This document shows, in pieces, positions 57,891-64,000 of a stretch of DNA of 64,000 bases. The position numbers were made by a program, and so were the translations under genes. This stretch comes from an uncultured Planctomycetia bacterium (GTDB lineage Bacteria > Omnitrophota > Gorgyraeia > Tantalellales > Tantalellaceae). Position 1 is the stretch's first letter. The number at the start of each line of letters is the position of its first letter. Under the pieces are notes generated by a model. That model did not search any database, was not told the DNA's origin, and saw only the letters and a program-made list of their open reading frames with translations. Location: contig CAZNEE010000006.1 of NCBI GenBank assembly GCA_964572255.1, forward strand, positions 11,775-75,774. Reading direction: 5' to 3'.

Positions 57891-58901
57891 TTATATGATC
57901 AGCATTGCATCTCCATACGAAAAAAACCTGAATTTCTTATCGATCGCTTCCCTGTATGCTTTAAAAATAAGGTCTTTGCCCGCGAAAGCGCTTACCAGCA
58001 TGATAAGCGTCGATCCCGGCAGGTGGAAATTGGTTATCAAACCATCAACTATTTTAAACCTATAGCCTGGATAAATAAAGAGATTTGTCATCCCGCTGGA
58101 AGGCCTAGTTAAACTTTCCTCACCGGCCGCTGTTTCAAGAACACGCGTGGAAGTTGTGCCCACCGCGAATACCTTCCCGCCGGATTTTTTAGTCCTATTG
58201 ACCGCATCCGCAGAGGATTTATCCATTTCATAATATTCAAAATGCATATGGTGGTCCTCTATATCCTCAACTTTTACAGGAGCAAATGTACCGTAACTGG
58301 TATGCAGCGTAACAAAAACTACCTTCACTCCTTTTGCCCTTATTCTTTCCAAAAGAACTTCATTAAAATGTAATCCCGCTGTAGGAGAAGCTGTGGCCCC
58401 GTTTTTCATCGCAAATACTGTCTGATAATCACCCTCATCGTCGGGAGTATCTTCGCGGTCTATATACGGCGGGAGCGGTATGTGCCCTCCCTCCAGCACT
58501 TTTTCCAGGGCCGCGTTAAATCGAACGTAACGGCCAGCATCGGCAGAGCCAAGGACCGTAGCGATAATACCGTTCTCGAGTTCTATTTTCTCGCCCTCTT
58601 TGATCTTCTTTGAAGGCCTGATAAGAGCGCGCGGCTTTTCCGTATCCGCGTCAAGAAGGAATATCTCCACCTTGCCGCCGGTCGCACGCTTACCGTAGAG
58701 CCTCGCCGGGATAACGCGCGTATCGTTCAGGACCAGGTAATCTCCTTCTTTGAAATATTCCGTTATATCGCTGAAAACTCTCTCTGTAATTTCGCCCAAA
58801 GAACGGTCCACCACCATTAATCTGGCTTGATCTCTTTCCTTCAGGGGCTTTTGAGCGACCAGTTCTTTCGGAAGTTCATAAAAAAATTCTTTTAATTTCA
58901 T
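57891..58901 (-). CDS. queA: SAM:tRNA ribosyltransferase-isomerase
   Basis: Likely start ATG 58901 (MKLKEFFYELP). VLNDTRVIPARL, PLPPYI, YQTVFA, PTAGLHF, VGTTSTR, TNFHLP.ST, FFSYGDAM. Confidence 0.96.
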   Translation of the reverse strand: MKLKEFFYELPKELVAQKPLKERDQARLMVVDRSLGEITERVFSDITEYFKEGDYLVLNDTRVIPARLYGKRATGGKVEIFLLDADTEKPRALIRPSKKIKEGEKIELENGIIATVLGSADAGRYVRFNAALEKVLEGGHIPLPPYIDREDTPDDEGDYQTVFAMKNGATASPTAGLHFNEVLLERIRAKGVKVVFVTLHTSYGTFAPVKVEDIEDHHMHFEYYEMDKSSADAVNRTKKSGGKVFAVGTTSTRVLETAAGEESLTRPSSGMTNLFIYPGYRFKIVDGLITNFHLPGSTLIMLVSAFAGKDLIFKAYREAIDKKFRFFSYGDAMLII

Positions 58902-58924
58902 GCCGCCTGTCCGCACCATACCGT

Positions 58925-60121
58925 TCATATTAATATCTCACGCAACCGGACAATATTCGCTTCCGGATAATAATACTTTAATATTCTCTCCGTGCTTCGC
59001 CCTCTTAATGCCAGGCCAAAAGCGCCCCATTGACACATCCCGACCCCGTGCCCCCAGCCGTATCCCGAAAAAAGATAAAACCTGGGATATTTCTTTACAT
59101 GAAAATTGGAACTTTTCAGGTATTTACGTCCTATAGCAGAACGAAAATCTTCCGTATCTATCTCGAACCATTTATTCCCTGACTTGATGCTTATATACTC
59201 AAGCCTTTTTGATGGATCCCGGGGACCCGCCTTGATATTGTCTATCCGCTTAATGTTATATCTTTTTTCATTAAGTTTATCGAGCAGCTCTTTAGTATAC
59301 ACGCGGTTCTGCCACCTGAAGCGCGGCGACCATCGGCACCACCGGCACCTCACCCCTTTAAGCGGAGCTGAATCTCCTTTCCAGACCAGGCCTATATCTT
59401 CTGTATGCCCTCCGCAGCATGAGTGAAAATACCCCGGGAAAACCTTCCCTTTATATTCCAGCACTTTACCCCGTGTCGCGTCTGTGGCCCTGTTCGTTCT
59501 CCACCTTTGGGCGTTTTTGCCTTTATAAACCTGGGAATAAGTATCGTCTGTCAGATCGTACTCTTTGTTCTTTCGGCGCAATGCCTGATCCACGGCAAAA
59601 CTTCTTGAAGCTATAGCTTGTGCCTTAAGCGCTGAAAACGGCCAAAGATGGTTCATCTCGCACGGAAGCACTCCCTTAAGATAATTTTCAAGCTCCACCC
59701 TATTTATCGCTTCGAGAGTATTTCCTTTTTTGACGATATCGACTTCGCCCTGATAAAATGTTCCTCCAAGTTCAAACTCATCAGTGACCGGAGAAATACG
59801 TATCCTTTGAGCATCAAATATCGTATCAGCTGCTTTTATGCCTCCATCGACGCAGGAAACCTTTGAAGGATAAGGAAATGAAATGCCCTCCGCCAACACT
59901 CTTCCTGTCTTTGCGTCACTGACATCGCACTTTTTTTCACTTCCAAAATCAAGGGTATTAGCCTCTTGCGCGATCCTGACCCTGATAATAAATGAAGAAC
60001 TTTCCCGGGGCTTAAACTTTAAGGGAAGAAAGAAAAAAACCGTTAACGCTATTATCAGAATAATAGCGATCCCGAACTTAACTTTGTTCTCTCTGGAAAG
60101 ACTGTCTATCGAATATTTCAT
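58925..60121 (-). CDS. SpoIID/LytB-domain peptidoglycan lytic transglycosylase
   Basis: LENYLKGVLP.EM, ALKAQAIASRS, SQVYKG, FHSCCGGHTE, GWGHGVGMCQWGA, ILKYYYP. Confidence 0.93.
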   Translation of the reverse strand: MKYSIDSLSRENKVKFGIAIILIIALTVFFFLPLKFKPRESSSFIIRVRIAQEANTLDFGSEKKCDVSDAKTGRVLAEGISFPYPSKVSCVDGGIKAADTIFDAQRIRISPVTDEFELGGTFYQGEVDIVKKGNTLEAINRVELENYLKGVLPCEMNHLWPFSALKAQAIASRSFAVDQALRRKNKEYDLTDDTYSQVYKGKNAQRWRTNRATDATRGKVLEYKGKVFPGYFHSCCGGHTEDIGLVWKGDSAPLKGVRCRWCRWSPRFRWQNRVYTKELLDKLNEKRYNIKRIDNIKAGPRDPSKRLEYISIKSGNKWFEIDTEDFRSAIGRKYLKSSNFHVKKYPRFYLFSGYGWGHGVGMCQWGAFGLALRGRSTERILKYYYPEANIVRLREILI

Positions 60122-60340
60122 TTACCTTCTAAAAATCAGAAAAAAGATCAATGATAAAATCATGCTGGCAAGAATACAGGTCGTGATAGGAAAATAAAAC
60201 GTAAAATTCTCTTTTTTTATAAGAATGTCTCCGGGCAGCTTGCCGATCCACGGCAATTTCCCGGCTAAAAGAAACACCCCGCCAACTACGATCAAAATTA
60301 AACCAAAAAGGGCTAAATATCTTCCAACGATCTGGACCAT
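60122..60340 (-). CDS. DUF2905 family membrane protein
   Basis: GKLPGDI...NFTFYFPITT.IL.S; typical position between ruvB and queA. Confidence 0.88.
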   Translation of the reverse strand: MVQIVGRYLALFGLILIVVGGVFLLAGKLPWIGKLPGDILIKKENFTFYFPITTCILASMILSLIFFLIFRR

Positions 60341-60343
60341 ATC

Positions 60344-61393
60344 CTAGAACAATTCCTTTTGCCGCGCGGGATTTGTCTTGCCGAGATAATCATAGGCTTT
60401 TTCGGTGAGTTCTCTTCCCCGGGGCGTTCTTCTAATAAAGCCGATGCTTAAAAGATACGGCTCCACTACATCTTCTATCGTATCGGTTTCTTCATTGAGC
60501 GATGAAGCTATAGCCTCGATGCCGACCGGCCCGCCCTTATAAGATTCATATATAACATCCAAAAGTTTTCTGTCTATCCTGTCAAGCCCGGCTTCGTCAA
60601 TACCGTGTTTGGCCAAAGCTTCTATCGTTGAATTTTTATTTATGTTACCGTCAGACTTAACTTCCACCCAATCTCTTACCCTTCTCAATAGACGGTTAGC
60701 TATACGGGGGGTCCCTCTTGAACGTTTGGCTATTTCAGACGCGCCTTTATCATCAATATGGATCCCCAAAAGATCCGCCGAACGTTTAATTATTGTTTCC
60801 AGCTCTTCGGAGGTGTAGAAATCCAGATGAAAAGACATGCCGAACCTGTCTCTTAAAGGCGCGCTCAAAAGCCCTGAACGTGTAGTAGCCCCTATAAGGG
60901 TGAAACGTTTGAGATTGAATTTTATCGCTTTGGCGTAAGGGCCTTTGTCGACAAGAAAATCTATCTGGAAATTTTCCATGGCGGGATAAACAAATTCTTC
61001 GACAACTTTTGAAAGCCGGTGGATCTCATCAATGAACAGGATATCGCCTTCCGAAAGATTGGTGAGTATCCCTATGAGGTCTCCCGCTCTCTCGATCGCC
61101 GGGCCGCTCGTCGCCGTTATCTTCGTTCCTCTTTCATTCGCGATTATATGGGCGAGCGAAGTCTTGCCGAGTCCGGGAGGACCTGAAAAAAGAAGGTGTT
61201 CCATGGGTTCGTTCCTCTTCATGGAAGCTTTTAAAGCTATATTTAACGACTCCGCCACTTCTTCCTGCCCGACAAAATCCTTAAGCGTCTTCGGGCGGAG
61301 TGAAAGGTTCATTATCACATCATCTTCCGATTCGCCTTCCCTTATTATCTCTTCATGTTTATCGACGAATTTTTCGCGTTTATTATCGGTCAT
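60344..61393 (-). CDS. ruvB: Holliday junction helicase RuvB
   Basis: LRP..L..FVGQ, GPPGLGKT, FIDEIHR, GATTR, RGTPRIANRLLRRVRD, RTPRGR. Confidence 0.98.
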   Translation of the reverse strand: MTDNKREKFVDKHEEIIREGESEDDVIMNLSLRPKTLKDFVGQEEVAESLNIALKASMKRNEPMEHLLFSGPPGLGKTSLAHIIANERGTKITATSGPAIERAGDLIGILTNLSEGDILFIDEIHRLSKVVEEFVYPAMENFQIDFLVDKGPYAKAIKFNLKRFTLIGATTRSGLLSAPLRDRFGMSFHLDFYTSEELETIIKRSADLLGIHIDDKGASEIAKRSRGTPRIANRLLRRVRDWVEVKSDGNINKNSTIEALAKHGIDEAGLDRIDRKLLDVIYESYKGGPVGIEAIASSLNEETDTIEDVVEPYLLSIGFIRRTPRGRELTEKAYDYLGKTNPARQKELF

Positions 61394-61409
61394 GTATTAT
61401 CACCTCAAG

Positions 61410-62033
61410 TTATGATGCTTTTTTCTCCCTGTAAACCTCATTAAGAAGTTCTTCGCTGGTCTTCAATCCCGGTTGTCTTTGGAAAGCTTTTTGGATCATA
61501 TCTTCAGCTTCGTTCTTTTTATATTGAAGTTGAAGAAGGATGCTGAGAGCTTCACTTTTTATATCTTCATGCTCTTTGATCCGGCTTATATGCCCGTCTT
61601 TTATAAGACCGTATTTTCCGACCTTACCCTGGAGTTTGGCAACTATCTGGCGGGCTCTTTGTTCCCCTATGCCGGGTAATTTCTTTAAAAAAGATACGTC
61701 TCCGGTATCTATCGCGCCGGCTATTGTGGAAAACGGTTCTGCAAGAGCGCGACAGGCGGCTTTCGGACCTACACCCGAGACAGAAATAAATTTTTCAAAA
61801 AACTCTTTTTCCACCTCATTCTGAAAACCGATAAGCACGGGAACGCTGCGGGAAGGTTCTACCTGGTAATAATGATATGTCACTAAAGTCAATTTTTTTT
61901 CTTCGGTTATCTCTTTTTCGAGGGCTTTCATGACCGCCTGAGGGATAAGCACTTCATAACAAAGATTGCCGTTATCAAGGAGGATCGCCCCGTTCTTTTT
62001 CTCTGCCACTGTGCCTGATATGCGTGAGATCAT
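61410..62033 (-). CDS. ruvA: Holliday junction binding protein RuvA
   Basis: MISRISG, IGF....EKEFF..FISVSGVGPK.A, LPGIG...A..IV..L; position between ruvC and ruvB. Confidence 0.93.
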   Translation of the reverse strand: MISRISGTVAEKKNGAILLDNGNLCYEVLIPQAVMKALEKEITEEKKLTLVTYHYYQVEPSRSVPVLIGFQNEVEKEFFEKFISVSGVGPKAACRALAEPFSTIAGAIDTGDVSFLKKLPGIGEQRARQIVAKLQGKVGKYGLIKDGHISRIKEHEDIKSEALSILLQLQYKKNEAEDMIQKAFQRQPGLKTSEELLNEVYREKKAS

Positions 62034-62563
62034 TTTTTTATCATCTCTTTTTTTGGTTTTGACCTTTTCCTGCCGGATTTCTTGTCCATATCTTCTATGT
62101 AAACAAAACTGATCGCCATGGCGATCGCGTCGCTTATATCGGGAGGCTCCGGGAGCTTGTTCAGGTTTAAAAGCGATCTGACCATTCTTTGCACCTGATG
62201 TTTCCCCGCCCTGCCGTTACCGGTAACTACTTTTTTTATGCGCGTGGCCGGCAAGCTTACCAGCTGGACGCCATTAAGACCGCACGCTAAACATACCACG
62301 CCTCTGGCATGCCCCATGAGTATAGAAGTCGCGGGATGTTTATAATGCGAATAAAGTTTTTCAAGAACAAGCACATCGGGCTTAAACTCTGAAATTATGT
62401 CCGAAAGGTTATTATAGATATCCTCAACACGCTTACTTATGCCCTCTTCCGGAGATGTTCTTATAACTCCCGCTTCTATCAGCTTGATATGGTCCGGATC
62501 GTGCGCTTCAATGATGCCGTATCCGGTACGAAGGAGTCCTGGGTCAACGCCTAATATGCGCAT
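62030..62563 (-). CDS. ruvC: Holliday junction resolvase RuvC
   Basis: ILGVDPG...TGYG, E, GHARGV, KKVVTGNGRAGK.QV, DISDAIA. Confidence 0.96.
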   Translation of the reverse strand: MRILGVDPGLLRTGYGIIEAHDPDHIKLIEAGVIRTSPEEGISKRVEDIYNNLSDIISEFKPDVLVLEKLYSHYKHPATSILMGHARGVVCLACGLNGVQLVSLPATRIKKVVTGNGRAGKHQVQRMVRSLLNLNKLPEPPDISDAIAMAISFVYIEDMDKKSGRKRSKPKKEMIKK

Positions 62564-62590
62564 AAAAACAGAAAATTCGAAGTGCGAATC

Positions 62591-63352
62591 CTAATTTTGT
62601 TCGTTCTCGATTCTTTTTAATATTTCGTCCGGTATGTCAAAATTGCTATAGACATTCTGAACGTCATCGTTATCTTCAAGATCCTCGACCAGCGCCAGGA
62701 TCTTACGTGCCGTTTCGGGATCTTCGACTTTGACGATATTTTTCGGCGTCATGCTGAGTTCGCCGGACTCAACTTTTACGTTTTTTCCTTTAAGGCCGGT
62801 ACGGACTTTATCAAAATCCTGAGGAGCGCAGATTATCTGGAAAAAATCCTCATCGGAAGTAAGGTCTTCGGCTCCGGCTTCAAGAGCTATATCCAAAAGC
62901 TCATCTTCCTTTGCATCTTCTCTTTTAACAAGAAAAACGCCTTTTTTTTCGAATTGGAAAGCGACCGATCCGGCACCCGCCATATTACCCCCGCGCTTGG
63001 TAAATATGCTGCGAACATCGCTTGTCGTGCGGTTCTTATTATCGGTAAGCCCTTCAACTATTACCGCAACGCCTCCGGGAGCATAGCCCTCGAAAGAGAC
63101 ATTCTCATAAGATACACCTTCTAATTCCCCGGTCCCTTTTTTTATGCCGCGGTCAATGTTGTCAGCGGGCATATTGGCTTCTTTTGCTTTTTGAATAGCC
63201 AATCTTAATCTCGGGTTCGCATCGGAATTTCCCCCGCCTTCTCTGGCCGCTACCGTTATCTCGCGTATAAGCTTTGTAAATAATTTACCGCGCTTGGCGT
63301 CCGCAGCGCCCTTTTTATGCTTGATACTTGCCCATTTGGAATGACCGGACAT
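62591..63352 (-). CDS. yebC: YebC/PmpR family protein
   Basis: MSGHSKWASIKHKKG, NPRLR, EGYAPGG, TDNKNRT, DDVQNVYSN. Confidence 0.97.
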   Translation of the reverse strand: MSGHSKWASIKHKKGAADAKRGKLFTKLIREITVAAREGGGNSDANPRLRLAIQKAKEANMPADNIDRGIKKGTGELEGVSYENVSFEGYAPGGVAVIVEGLTDNKNRTTSDVRSIFTKRGGNMAGAGSVAFQFEKKGVFLVKREDAKEDELLDIALEAGAEDLTSDEDFFQIICAPQDFDKVRTGLKGKNVKVESGELSMTPKNIVKVEDPETARKILALVEDLEDNDDVQNVYSNFDIPDEILKRIENEQN

Positions 63353-63355
63353 CTA

Positions 63356-64000
63356 TTATTCCTCTTCCTTTTTCTCTTTTTTATTCTCGGCTATGATCTT
63401 CTGGGCAACGTTCGGCGGAACCGGTTCGTAATGCGAAAAGGTCATAGTATAAGTGGCTCTGCCGCCGGTTAAAGATTTAAGTTCATTCGCGTATTTATAC
63501 ATCTCTTCCAAAGGAAGTTGCGCCTTGACAACCTGCATACCTCCTTCAGAACCCATGCCTTGCACGCGGCCTCTGCGGGAACTTAAAGAACCTGTTATAT
63601 CTCCCATGTTCTCTTCAGGAACAGTCAGCTCAACGTTCATGATCGGCTCAAGAAGAACCGGTTTTGCTTTTTCGCATGACTGCCTGAAAGCATGCGCCGC
63701 CGCTATCTGGAACGCGATATCCTTGGAATCTACAGGATGGGTCTTTCCGTCATAAACGATCACTTGTATATCAACAACAGGGAAACCTGCCAATATGCCG
63801 TCGTCCAGAGAATTCTTTACGCCCTTTTCACAGCTGCCGACAAACTGCTTGGGTATCGCTCCGCCGACCACTTCATCAACAAACTCAAACCCTTTCCCTC
63901 TTTCGAGCGGGACTACCTTCATCCATACTTCCGCAAACTGCCCGGCGCCGCCGGACTGTTTTTTATGGCGGTACTGGGCGTCTCCATTGGCGGTAATAGT
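63356..64000 (-). CDS. fusA: Elongation factor G family protein, C-terminal part (probably an EF-G paralogue outside the str operon)
   Basis: Frame open to the window edge: HKKQSGGAGQFAEV, GGAIPKQF, HPVDS, LLEPIM, GDI...SSRRG, LKSLTGGRA. Followed by yebC rather than tuf. Confidence 0.9.
   Translation of the reverse strand, partial: TITANGDAQYRHKKQSGGAGQFAEVWMKVVPLERGKGFEFVDEVVGGAIPKQFVGSCEKGVKNSLDDGILAGFPVVDIQVIVYDGKTHPVDSKDIAFQIAAAHAFRQSCEKAKPVLLEPIMNVELTVPEENMGDITGSLSSRRGRVQGMGSEGGMQVVKAQLPLEEMYKYANELKSLTGGRATYTMTFSHYEPVPPNVAQKIIAENKKEKKEEE

Overview
Bacterial window with two halves; the giant-gene architecture suggests Omnitrophota/OP3 or another PVC-group lineage (inference, no marker gene proves it). 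RIGHT HALF (39.6-64 kb): a mostly minus-strand housekeeping run: EF-G paralog, yebC-ruvCAB, DUF2905, spoIID-like, queA, three inserted genes (secreted protein, PAS protein, receiver), tgt-yajC-secDF, CDF transporter, recJ, divergent rpmB, recG-rsmD-coaD-pta-ackA-rpmF-plsX-fabH-fabD. LEFT HALF (1-39.6 kb): an island of very large exported proteins. Three tandem paralogues (<1-5049, missing from the ORF track; 5305-19314; 19693-23454) share a signal peptide and a ~550-aa N-domain with TraB/Tiki/EreA-like motif order. The two complete ones also share a ~200-aa C-domain ending ID...AVLxxL-stop. Their middles are unrelated cargo: two Ser/Thr kinases, zincin-like modules, helical repeats, a CPBP protease, a GH5-like hydrolase with its own signal-like segment and C-terminal anchor, and a Pol-beta-like nucleotidyltransferase. 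A fourth giant (4076 aa; YD-like repeats, C-terminal permuted NlpC/P60 amidase) lies behind a c-di-GMP-I riboswitch and a divergent Lnt lacking the catalytic Lys, and is followed by a candidate immunity gene. All four units carry the same upstream DNA box at an identical offset from a -10 hexamer, which suggests one regulon. The three paralogues also share a leader architecture with hairpins and U-tracts. A cold-shock gene and a Phd-RelE toxin-antitoxin pair sit inside the island. All domain calls come from reading motifs by eye; no database searches were run.
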